Virus record (IMG/VR): IMGVR_UViG_3300021399_000003
Location: 32,001-96,000 of that record
Source: a virus
Taxonomy: Duplodnaviria; Caudoviricetes
Strand: one strand, 5' to 3'
Length of the DNA: 64,000 bases
How positions within the stretch are numbered: position 1 is the stretch's first letter; each line of letters starts with the position of its first letter. The notes under the pieces are model-generated. The model saw nothing but the letters and a program-made list of their open reading frames with translations. It was not told the DNA's origin and made no database searches. This document shows, in pieces, positions 41,284 through 49,370 of the stretch. Both the position numbers and the translations under genes were made by a program.

Positions 41284-41626
41284 ATAATGCCACTTTAACC
41301 GCTGTGGCCGCGTGCTCCCCAGGTACGCTTGAATCAGAGGCGCGGGCAAGTCTATCAACAAAGTCGCAAAGCGACTTTTCCGCTCTTTCTACACATGGTA
41401 GATGAGCTATGTAGTAACCCCGTGTTTAATGAGCTTTCTGCACGCTACTCTGGCCAGCTCAATATTTGTGGTGTGCTATTACGCCAAATCTCATGTTCCC
41501 ATTATCCGTAGGCACATCATACTCAAAAGGGCGTTCCACAATCGTAGCCTTTTGATACATTTCGCACCCACGGGAGAACTTAGAACTCCTTAGCTGGTGG
41601 CTGCTTCTAAGCCAACAGTCCACATT

Positions 41627-41722
41627 TGGCGACAGGCTTCGGACTTGAACCGAAACATCAGTATATACTAATTACTCTCTGATTAGCAATCAGATGCCTT
41701 ACCAAATTAGGCTTAGCCTGTC
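41627..41722 (-). tRNA. tRNA-Ser(GCU)
   Basis: TCTGA-TT GCT AA-TCAGA; long variable arm; GCCA. Confidence 0.9.
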
Positions 41723-42378
41723 TTATCATTATCTTGCCATTTCCAAATATAGCCATAAGCGATATTCCTTAGTCCTCGTGCGCATTGACTAATATGGTTA
41801 CTACCTGATTCTTTTCCTAAACTTTTTGCAGCAGAATAACAAGAATAAAATTTATTGATTAAATTACCATTTAAATCATATTGACATAAAATATTATAGT
41901 TATTTTTTATTTGTTTTTCATTAAATAAATCATTTTTTAATTTTATTTCTTTGTTCAAAATAGTAGATAAAACATTCTCTGCGGTATAATTTTCAATGAA
42001 AAAATTAACATTTTGATTTTTTTGTATAGGTGTAAAACTTAAAGTGATTTTATTAGAATAATTTTCACATTCTTGAACAGGAATTAAATAACATTGATTA
42101 TTAAAGTAAGTTGCAAATAAATCAATTTCATTACTAGAATAATTATGTTTAATGTTTTCTTTACCTGATGTTGTTAGACTATATAAATTAAATTCAATTC
42201 CAGTATCTTTTTCTTTACAAGTTTTTACTTGTATTTTTAACAATTTCAACTTAATATCTAATATCATATCATATCTGCAATCTTCTCCAATTGGAATGCT
42301 TATATTATATCCTAAAGAAGTAAGATATGCTTGACATAATAATTCTGTTGTGATTCCTTTAATTTTAGTATCTACCAT
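41713..42378 (-). CDS. PD-(D/E)XK free-standing homing endonuclease (group I intron-associated type) with NUMOD1-like tail
   Basis: KG..TE..SIP..RYD..KIQVKT..Y...IDLFATY; start moved to ATG at 42378 by RBS spacing; stop lies inside tRNA-Ser. Confidence 0.82.
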   Translation of the reverse strand: MVDTKIKGITTELLCQAYLTSLGYNISIPIGEDCRYDMILDIKLKLLKIQVKTCKEKDTGIEFNLYSLTTSGKENIKHNYSSNEIDLFATYFNNQCYLIPVQECENYSNKITLSFTPIQKNQNVNFFIENYTAENVLSTILNKEIKLKNDLFNEKQIKNNYNILCQYDLNGNLINKFYSCYSAAKSLGKESGSNHISQCARGLRNIAYGYIWKWQDNDKTG

Positions 42379-42386
42379 TTTTATCA

Positions 42387-42462
42387 CTCCTTTGATAAAA
42401 CTTTGTAGGGCTTGCGAAGGAGCGCATTATCTCATCAGTTAATTACTCTGATGCTACCCCTA
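42387..42462 (-). promoter_or_regulatory. Structured endonuclease-gene leader, copy 4
   Basis: TAGGG/CCCTA; CATCAG-AGTAATTAA-CTGATG; AGATAA; TGCG-CTCCTT-CGCA; loop pairs with RBS AAGGAG. Confidence 0.75.
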
Positions 42463-42463
42463 G

Positions 42464-42606
42464 TGCGCCATCACGGATTTGAACCGTGGACTCCTTGATT
42501 AATGGTGGAGACCGCCAGAATTGCACTGGCACTATCAGTTTGTTCCTTTACTTCAATGCGCTTGCAGTCCCCAAGTCAAGTGCTCTACCAACTGAGCTAA
42601 TGGCGC
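42464..42606 (-). tRNA. tRNA-Lys(UUU) interrupted in the anticodon by a 70-nt tRNA/tmRNA-like insert (42503-42572)
   Basis: CTTGA-CT T[insert]TT AA-TCAAG; all other arms canonical. Confidence 0.88.
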
Positions 42607-42607
42607 A

Positions 42608-42682
42608 TGGCGTCCTTACTAGGAGTCGAACCTAGATTTTGAACTTAGAAGGTTCAAGTCCTATCCTTTAGACGATAAGGAC
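42608..42682 (-). tRNA. tRNA-Arg(UCU)
   Basis: TGAAC-CT TCT AA-GTTCA; GCCA. Confidence 0.9.
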
Positions 42683-43008
42683 ATTCTTTTATAATATTTT
42701 TCTTCATCTTTTCCGCAATTATCACACCAAGGAAGAATCCAACCAGTAGAATATTTTGTAGCAGGTTGGCCGCAAACACAACACGTTCGTGCGCTTAATT
42801 CTTCGTATTTATTTTCAATTGCATCTATTTCACGCCAATAAGTCATATCACATCTTGCAATTACATCAAGACTTCCCCATTTCTCTTTTAGGTCACAAAT
42901 GTAATAAGTTGGGTCAATAGCTTCACACTCTTCTATCATTTTTCGCGCAAGTTCAATCCAACCAGAAGGAATTGAAGAAAGCCATTTATAATTATTTACT
43001 TGCTCCAT
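42661..43008 (-). CDS. Hypothetical phage protein
   Basis: GW...KEKWGSL...CCVCG..GW...C; 3' end overlaps tRNA-Arg. Confidence 0.7.
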   Translation of the reverse strand: MEQVNNYKWLSSIPSGWIELARKMIEECEAIDPTYYICDLKEKWGSLDVIARCDMTYWREIDAIENKYEELSARTCCVCGQPATKYSTGWILPWCDNCGKDEEKYYKRMSLSSKG

Positions 43009-43430
43009 TCTTTTAACTCCATACCATGCTCTTTAAACCACCGAATAAGAGGCCATCGTTCGGAACAAATATTATCATATTTTTCATAGACTAACAACGC
43101 AAAATCTACATCATTAAATTGTTCTCCAATTTTTATGGTCTCGCTTAATACTTGAAGATGCTCCATCAACATATTGAAATCTATTTTATCTAGTTGTTTT
43201 TTATATTCGTGCAGGAAATCACAATTATTTGGATGCTTAGGAGAGCACTTGCCATTACATAGCCCATCGCAACTCTTTCCGGGCTTCAGCGGTGGAATAT
43301 CTAACCAAATAATTCCATTTTGACTTCTTCCTTTTTGAAGCCATTTTGGATTCCAAACCGCAGTAGAAAGCCCGACCAAATTAGGCGGGAAGTTACGAAT
43401 TTGAGCAAAATAGGAAATATAAATCTTCAT
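42996..43430 (-). CDS. DUF488-like hypothetical protein
   Basis: KIYISYFA..P..YKKQL..LLVYEK..CSER..W. Confidence 0.6.
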   Translation of the reverse strand: MKIYISYFAQIRNFPPNLVGLSTAVWNPKWLQKGRSQNGIIWLDIPPLKPGKSCDGLCNGKCSPKHPNNCDFLHEYKKQLDKIDFNMLMEHLQVLSETIKIGEQFNDVDFALLVYEKYDNICSERWPLIRWFKEHGMELKEWSK

Positions 43431-43444
43431 AAAATCCTTTCATC

Positions 43445-43556
43445 TAGGCACATTATTTTCTATTGCCCTACCTGCTGGGCGACATGCTAAATTTAGCACA
43501 ATCGGACTCGAACCGATGACTCATAGATTACCTATGTAAGTTGCTGTGTGCGCCTA
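43445..43556 (-). ncRNA. ACAGCAA stem RNA, copy b: circularly permuted tRNA mimic (YrlA-like Y RNA candidate)
   Basis: AGGCGCAC-ACAGCAA; T arm ATCGG-TTCGAGT-CCGAT, closed acceptor hairpin TGTGC..GCATG, D arm GCCC-AGCAGGTA-GGGC; ATGTGCCT. Confidence 0.7.
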
Positions 43557-43639
43557 TTTATTATAATTTTAATTCTGGTTTCTTATTAAATTTGGCTTGC
43601 GGTTCTGCGATTGGTTTTTTAATGAAAATCCAATAGTAG

Positions 43640-43711
43640 AGGTCCCGAGCGGCCATGATCCGCTAATTGAAGATTACAAATCTACTATTTTGCCAATTAA
43701 ATTACAGGACC
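43640..43711 (-). tRNA. tRNA-Thr(UGU), atypical T-loop
   Basis: GTAGA-TT TGT AA-TCTTC; T-loop ATCATGG. Confidence 0.7.
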
Positions 43712-43717
43712 AAATTC

Positions 43718-43800
43718 AAGGCACTAATAATTTACTTTAATATACTATTCAAATCTATATTTGTATTTGTAATTATAAAAGTAATTGCTGTATGTGCCTT
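43718..43800 (-). ncRNA. ACAGCAA stem RNA, copy c
   Basis: AAGGCACAT-ACAGCAA..GTGCCTT. Confidence 0.6.
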
Positions 43801-43814
43801 ATTTGTAATAATAC

Positions 43815-43915
43815 TAAGCCGTTTATTGTTTAATTGTGATGGACTTGAACCATCTCTCATTTTGTTTCTCAATCAAAATAATTTATCCACTTAAAAAGAT
43901 TGCTGTGACGGCTTA
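43815..43915 (-). ncRNA. ACAGCAA stem RNA, copy d (contains a T-arm mimic)
   Basis: TAAGCCGTC-ACAGCAA..GATGG-TTCAAGT-CCATC..ACGGCTTA. Confidence 0.62.
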
Positions 43916-43919
43916 AATT

Positions 43920-44147
43920 TTAAGATTTCTTAGAAATAAATTTCATTTCGATTTTAGTATTTGCGGGAATAGAATATAAATCAAAATAATCCGCGGGCAA
44001 TTGACACATAATACTAGAACCCTCAATAGTAAAACAATCACTATACTCTTCTTTATCATTCTGTTTAAGAGTATTCATAAGCCAATGATGAATTGACTTA
44101 ACAAATTCAGCTTTGGTTGCTTGCGCGGACAATTCTTTCTTATCCAT
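43920..44147 (-). CDS. Hypothetical protein
   Basis: ORF with promoter and RBS. Confidence 0.65.
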   Translation of the reverse strand: MDKKELSAQATKAEFVKSIHHWLMNTLKQNDKEEYSDCFTIEGSSIMCQLPADYFDLYSIPANTKIEMKFISKKS

Positions 44148-44263
44148 AATATTTATTTCCTTTCCTTTGATATATTTATTATATCAAAAATTCTAGAAAA
44201 AGTCAAGAAAGAAAGGGGAAGATTTTACGGTTGGGATAATCTTCAAACCCAGTTTTTAAATAG

Positions 44264-44337
44264 TCGGAATGACACGATTTGAACGTGCAACCCTACGCTC
44301 CCAAAGCGTATGCTCTACCAAATTGAGCCACATTCCG
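44264..44337 (-). tRNA. tRNA-Pro(UGG)
   Basis: TACGC-TT TGG GA-GCGTA. Confidence 0.92.
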
Positions 44338-44341
44338 ATAG

Positions 44342-44414
44342 CGAGCCTAACAGGATTCGAACCTGCGATCTTCCGGGAGACAACCGGATATTCTAGCCGC
44401 TGAACTATAGGCTC
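44342..44414 (-). tRNA. tRNA-Asp(GUC)
   Basis: TCCGG-TT GTC TC-CCGGA. Confidence 0.9.
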
Positions 44415-44427
44415 AAATTAGAGTGGC

Positions 44428-45012
44428 TTATGGCCACTCGCCTAGAGGCATACCAAGCCCCGCGCGCTCTACATTGGTATTATAAAATACACCTTCAGTA
44501 GCAGGGCCAGTTAGAAGCTCATCAGCAATAATCTCATATAGAGTACTAATAACACCATGACAATCATTTAAATTATCTGCCGCGAATTGTACTACGCAAT
44601 TATTAAATACTACATAAGTAGTTCCAATCCACTGATAGCCTTCTTCAGCAGGACATACAGAATATGCATAAGCAGGATTACCCTTGAAAGCTGTATCAAA
44701 CAATTCAACCTTACTGGTAAAAGCGCGGTTAGAAGGAATACCATCTACATTTACAGCCAACTTAATATTACCAAAAGAAACTTCTGAAGGAAGAATTTGC
44801 TGCAGTGCGGCGACCTTATCACCATTATTACATGCTAGAACAATAGAAGGATTAGAGCCGCCAAAATTACAATTACAAGCAATCTGTGGGTCACCATCAA
44901 ATAGAGCCTCAAATTTACGAATAGCTATAGTCCAAGGTGGTAGAATCTTTAGTCTTACATCACTCATTTTGTTTTCTCCTTTAATATGAATCGTAGAATA
45001 ACAAATAAACAT
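44428..45012 (-). CDS. Hypothetical phage protein
   Basis: Probable start MSDVRLKILPPW; VVQFAADNLND. Confidence 0.7.
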   Translation of the reverse strand: MFICYSTIHIKGENKMSDVRLKILPPWTIAIRKFEALFDGDPQIACNCNFGGSNPSIVLACNNGDKVAALQQILPSEVSFGNIKLAVNVDGIPSNRAFTSKVELFDTAFKGNPAYAYSVCPAEEGYQWIGTTYVVFNNCVVQFAADNLNDCHGVISTLYEIIADELLTGPATEGVFYNTNVERAGLGMPLGEWP

Positions 45013-45397
45013 CAGGGTTATTTTTCATAAATGAAGCGATTAATGCCAAATTTATGATATCTTGCTGTAAAATAGGAAGTATTTCATCATAATCCCAAAT
45101 GGAATCACCATCTTCTTCCCAAGTTTCTTTGTTCATAAAAGAAACAATAATGCGAATTAGCTCAAATACTTGCTGCGGAGTTTCGATAAGATAGTCATAG
45201 CCAGTATCTTTATAAATTGGAAAAATATTTACTACCTTATTTCTTAAACCCCAATTCTTTCGCCAATAAAGAATTTCTACTCCTCCATCTTGATTATCAA
45301 ATTTTTCATCCAAAGGGTATACCATTCCTTCTGGTAGTATTTCACGCGTAATCTTGCGATGATTTGAGCGGGCAATTATACCATTATCCAATCCCAT
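44981..45397 (-). CDS. Hypothetical phage protein
   Basis: MGLD...EILYWRK family-like. Confidence 0.7.
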   Translation of the reverse strand: MGLDNGIIARSNHRKITREILPEGMVYPLDEKFDNQDGGVEILYWRKNWGLRNKVVNIFPIYKDTGYDYLIETPQQVFELIRIIVSFMNKETWEEDGDSIWDYDEILPILQQDIINLALIASFMKNNPDVYLLFYDSY

Positions 45398-45667
45398 GCT
45401 TATTACTCCTTTTATGAAATAGCTTTAAGATCAGCTAACCGCGCATCCGTTTATTTGCTATCGTGATGGTGATAGGCTTTTCTTAGGAACCTAACGAACC
45501 TATACTCTTTGCCAGCTACATTAGGCGGCTCATGGCACCGCTTATCCCCGTAGACCATTTTAGGGGTTCCTTCGTACTTCGGAAGGGCTAGCTCTCTTAT
45601 GTGACTTCGCGCGTTCACATAAGTGAGACATTGAGTAAGCATAGAGAATAAGTCCTCTATGTGACTA

Positions 45668-45744
45668 TGGCGGCCCGCCACGGACTTGAACCGCGGACAT
45701 CTTGCTTAACAGGCAAGCGCTCTAACCAACTGAGCTAGCGGGCC
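45668..45744 (-). tRNA. tRNA-Asn(GUU)
   Basis: CTTGC-CT GTT AA-GCAAG; GCCA. Confidence 0.93.
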
Positions 45745-45812
45745 AAGGAGGTCCCGTTTATTACTCTAACGGGCAAGAGTGAGGTCATATCAAAGAACAC
45801 ACATTAGGGCAA

Positions 45813-46396
45813 ATACCCTATTTAATAAAACCGTTGCGGCCTTCGCCGTACTTGTATTATCCTTCTAACATATTCAACCACGTTGGAGATGAAGGCTGAG
45901 CCACGGGTAGCAATTCCGGACTTCTTCACCCCGTCTTTCGACCAACAACGGAGAGACTGTTTACTCTCAAATTTCACCTAAACCATTCAGCACAATAATA
46001 TCTAATCAAATCTATTAGATTCATTGTCGTTTTGGGCTACTTTTTCTGTGAACCTCGCTTATATCCTATTTCTAGGTTTCAACGACATCAAGCGTCTTGT
46101 TGGCATTTCCAAGGTTTGCGGTGGTAGCCAGCCACATCTAAAACGCCTAACTTGGATTCAGGTCACGCTTTTAACGCTCACCTTCTATTGCGACGCCGCG
46201 AGGAGCCAAGTTTTTGTTAGCGGATAACCAAGCACCTATCCTTAACATTAGGAGTTTCTCCATATCGCTAGTCATTACTGATTTCGCGGCCTTGGCTTGA
46301 AAGTATCCCATCAAGTTTGGGGCTGTTATTCAGATAGTCCAAGCAGAGTGGTTAGCTCTTCTTCACTTGGTTCAACCATTTTATTAAATAGGGTAT
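45813..46396 (-). ncRNA. Large structured RNA, ROOL-like
   Basis: 584 nt closed by a perfect 18-bp terminal helix (45813-45830/46379-46396), own sigmaA promoter at ~46450, no credible ORF, located in a tRNA cluster. Confidence 0.7.
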
Positions 46397-46422
46397 CTAC
46401 TTCCTTTCCTTGTTTCTATAAT

Positions 46423-46452
46423 CATTATAGCATGATTTTCAGAAAAAGTCAA
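46423..46452 (-). promoter_or_regulatory. SigmaA-type promoter (representative of >20 copies across the window)
   Basis: TTGACT-N17-TATAAT with extended -10 TG; similar -35 boxes near 995, 1825, 14704, 17262, 18071, 20923, 23169, 31985, 36672, 44206, 47422, 47625, 49374, 52127, 53622, 54752, 55160, 57614, 58825, 60096. Confidence 0.8.
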
Positions 46453-46615
46453 ATATTAAAGTGAGCTGTTTTCATCGTGGCCGGTCCACTCTTATCCACG
46501 CTTTCTTGTACACCCCGGGTTCCCTTATACGGGTGCTCGCACCCGCCCAATATCACTGGGGAGCTCTTTGGCATTTCTACTCGCTGATCAGGACGGGAAA
46601 TGCGCTCTTTAATAT
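46452..46615 (-). ncRNA. Unassigned ~165-nt GC-rich structured RNA
   Basis: AATATTAAAG/CTTTAATATT closing stem; internal hairpins such as CGGGTG-CGAG-CACCCG. Confidence 0.45.
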
Positions 46616-46972
46616 TTATTGTAAAGATTAGTCTCAACTACGCCACCAGACGGGCTTATAAGAAGCAATCAAATGCTCTGATTATTTGGTTAGTTGATTA
46701 ACAGCATCGCCACGAGAAGGCTCTTTACTTGATGCCGTAACATCCTAGGATTTGTTCGCTGAGTATTAAGTCCAATAACGAGTCAGGACTCCTAGAATGT
46801 GATAGTTACAGCGGTCGCTACATACGGTTAGCGCCGTTGGCCTGGCTTCTTTTATTTTATAGTCGCGTTTTCCCAGCGTAACTAACAAACGAATGTTAAC
46901 GCGACTTGTCACATTAGCGGGAGGTGACTTGCGTCTGATAGGTTATCATCGCAAACCATTCAGACATAAACT

Positions 46973-47037
46973 AGGCGGATTTTTAGCTATATAGTTTACA
47001 AAATCTATTGCTTAAATAATAGTTGCTGTGGCCGCCT
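46973..47037 (-). ncRNA. ACAGCAA stem RNA, copy e
   Basis: AGGCGGCC-ACAGCAA..CCGCCT. Confidence 0.6.
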
Positions 47038-47214
47038 TGTATCTTATCATTGTAAAGAATTGAGACATATAAATTGTGCTAAAGGACTTGCACCTTTAGG
47101 AGCAGCGACTGACTTGATTGCGCACATCACATCAGTAGGGCTTTAATCATAATCTTCTATTTTCCACTCAACTGCTTTTTCATACTCTATGTTTTTAAGA
47201 GATTTTCTTTTTGT

Positions 47215-47285
47215 TCGAAGCATTGCGATTTGAACGCAACCTTGCCCCTCACAGCGGGGCCGTGCTGCCGCTACACTATACTTCT
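47215..47285 (-). tRNA. Degenerate tRNA-like gene (His GUG- or Thr-like, irregular anticodon loop)
   Basis: D arm; GCCCC-GCTGTGA-GGGGC; TTGCG-TTCAAAT-CGCAA. Confidence 0.55.
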
Positions 47286-47418
47286 AATCTCTGCCGCACC
47301 ATAATTAGGCTGTACGGGCCTTAATATATGGGTTGTACGTGCGACACATTTCATATGGCTTTATACTCACTACACAATTTTTCTTACATATTTATTATAG
47401 CAGATTTTCTGCTAAAAG

Positions 47419-47568
47419 TCAATTATTTTTCTTTTCTATTTTGTCAACAACTGGTGCCCATTCGCCGCAACCTTCACATAGCCAAGGCTCTTCAGAAAGA
47501 ATAATTTCTTCATCTTCTTCAACTGGGCCAAATAGTTTTAGAAAACAATCTTTACAAAACTCTGCCAT
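47419..47568 (-). CDS. Small Zn-binding hypothetical protein (49 aa)
   Basis: MAEFCKDC...LCEGCGE; own promoter and RBS. Confidence 0.65.
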   Translation of the reverse strand: MAEFCKDCFLKLFGPVEEDEEIILSEEPWLCEGCGEWAPVVDKIEKKNN

Positions 47569-47628
47569 TTTATTATCCTTTCCCTTTACTATAATTATTA
47601 TACTATAATTTTAAAAGAAAGTCAAATA

Positions 47629-47844
47629 CTACTTAGTTGGAATCCAAGAAAACTTTCCGCGGCCTCCGTTCCACGCCTGATTCTCTTCTACAAGTTCAAA
47701 AGATGCACAACTACTCTCCTTAAAATAACCATCACCATATTTTTCAAATAGATGGTCAATAGTATCCTGATAAATAACGTTATCTATATTTTTATAAAGC
47801 TGGTCAAGAAGATATGATAGCTAGCCCTTAGTTAATGCTTGCAT
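47629..47844 (-). pseudogene. Small ORF with an in-frame TAG at codon 8
   Basis: MQALTKG*LSYLLDQLYKN...; RBS and promoter present, frame continues 63 codons. Confidence 0.5.
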
Positions 47845-47900
47845 AATTGTTTCCTTTCTCTGCTATAATTATTATACTATAATTTTAGAAGAATGCCAAA

Positions 47901-47978
47901 TGGTAGCACCGATGGGATTCGGACCCATACTGAAATCATTTTGAGTGATTTGCCTCCTGCCAATTGGGCTACGGTGCC
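47901..47978 (-). tRNA. tRNA-Leu(CAA), short variable arm
   Basis: AATCA-CT CAA AA-TGATT; ACCA. Confidence 0.85.
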
Positions 47979-48084
47979 ATAATGGTTATTGTTCCACTAT
48001 CAACTACTTACAGGGTTCTCTTACCCAAGCCATATTACTTCTAATCAGTTTATATAGGACGTATGAAGTAAGAACAGTAGTCCT

Positions 48085-48218
48085 TGGTGCCCCAGACGGG
48101 ACTTGAACCCGTACACCCTCACGGATAGCGGATTTTGGTCGTGGGAAGGAGTGCTGCTCTCCAACAAGCCACTGGGCCCACGTAAGTCCGCTGCGTCTGC
48201 CAATTCCGCCACCAGGGC
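48085..48218 (-). tRNA. tRNA-Leu(UAA) interrupted in the anticodon by a 47-nt mini-tRNA insert (48136-48182)
   Basis: GCGGA-CT TA[insert]A AA-TCCGC; long variable arm; ACCA. Confidence 0.88.
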
Positions 48219-48938
48219 ATAAAAACCTGATGTAACCCTCACGCAGCTAGATGGTTACTTTGAATAGTACTTTAAGGTATACTGCTAATATATAGGCTAT
48301 CAGGCGTAGCCTTAACAAGTAAATGTGTGGTTGTTCGATATTTGCTCCTTTTATTTCTGAACCACACTAAGAAGCCCTTAAATCGACACTCCTCGAACAG
48401 GGTGCGTCCGCGACCATCACGCCGCTATGCATTGTTAACAATGGGCGATTTTTATCGTTGTTCGCCGCAACTACCTAGGTAATAAGTCTCCTAGTGGTGC
48501 GCTTCTTTGAGAGGCGTAAGGAGAACATTTGCGGTGGCGCCTCACAATTAACCGCAATTTCCCTTATAAAGCCCAGTGGGTGGACTCTGGCGCCGAAGTT
48601 TTATTTTCTAGTTTGTGGTGAACTTCAAACCCTTTATAAACTCCATTAATTGCTTCATACTAGAAAAGTAATTAATTTCATCGTTTCATAATCATCTTGT
48701 GATTATGCCGAATACGCTTTCACGTATTCTAAAACTCCTTGTACGCTTGGTACATGAGATAGCGGTGACGCCCTTCAAAAGTACTGGCCGCAATTTTTCG
48801 TTCAGCGTCTAATCCTGCCACTCATCAAGCTTTTCAGCTTGCTCACGGCGAGTCCAAGAAGAAGAAAATACAGTACGAGAAGTCTTACGCACAACTATCA
48901 TTCCTTTCCTTGTTTCTATAAATATTATATCACAATTT

Positions 48939-49313
48939 CTATTCTTCGTCAAATAATTCTTTTAGTTGATTTTCACCATTTTGAATTTTACGTTTATCTG
49001 CGGGAGACCAATTTTTAGAAGGATTATAATTTCCATAGGCATTACGATGTTTGCCCTTGTTATTAGTCTTATTCCGTCTTTGATAATAAAATTCTGGTTT
49101 AGTTTTTGAATAGTAATGAATGGGCTTAAAATATTCTAGAAATTTTTCGCCCCATTTTTCGCGCAATAATTTATAGTTGCGCTTGGCATGACGCCAATCA
49201 TTTTTTCTTTTTTGAGGAGATTCGTCTATATGAATCTCCTCTTCATATGTATACCAGTCATTTCCAAATTCATCACTTTGAGGGCCAATAAGAAAATCAT
49301 CAAATTCTTCCAT
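48939..49313 (-). CDS. Hypothetical protein (acidic N-terminus, basic C-terminus)
   Basis: ORF with promoter and RBS. Confidence 0.65.
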   Translation of the reverse strand: MEEFDDFLIGPQSDEFGNDWYTYEEEIHIDESPQKRKNDWRHAKRNYKLLREKWGEKFLEYFKPIHYYSKTKPEFYYQRRNKTNNKGKHRNAYGNYNPSKNWSPADKRKIQNGENQLKELFDEE

Positions 49314-49370
49314 AAATGATTTGCTCCTTTCCTCTTACTATAATAATTATACTATAATTTTTATAGAAAG

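Noticed and set aside
42503-42572. Full tmRNA gene
   Set aside because: No mRNA-like domain or tag reading frame between the ends.
45451-48242. ORFs 45451..45681, 46449..46637 and 48045..48242
   Set aside because: They overlap tRNAs or structured RNA tracts and have atypical composition.
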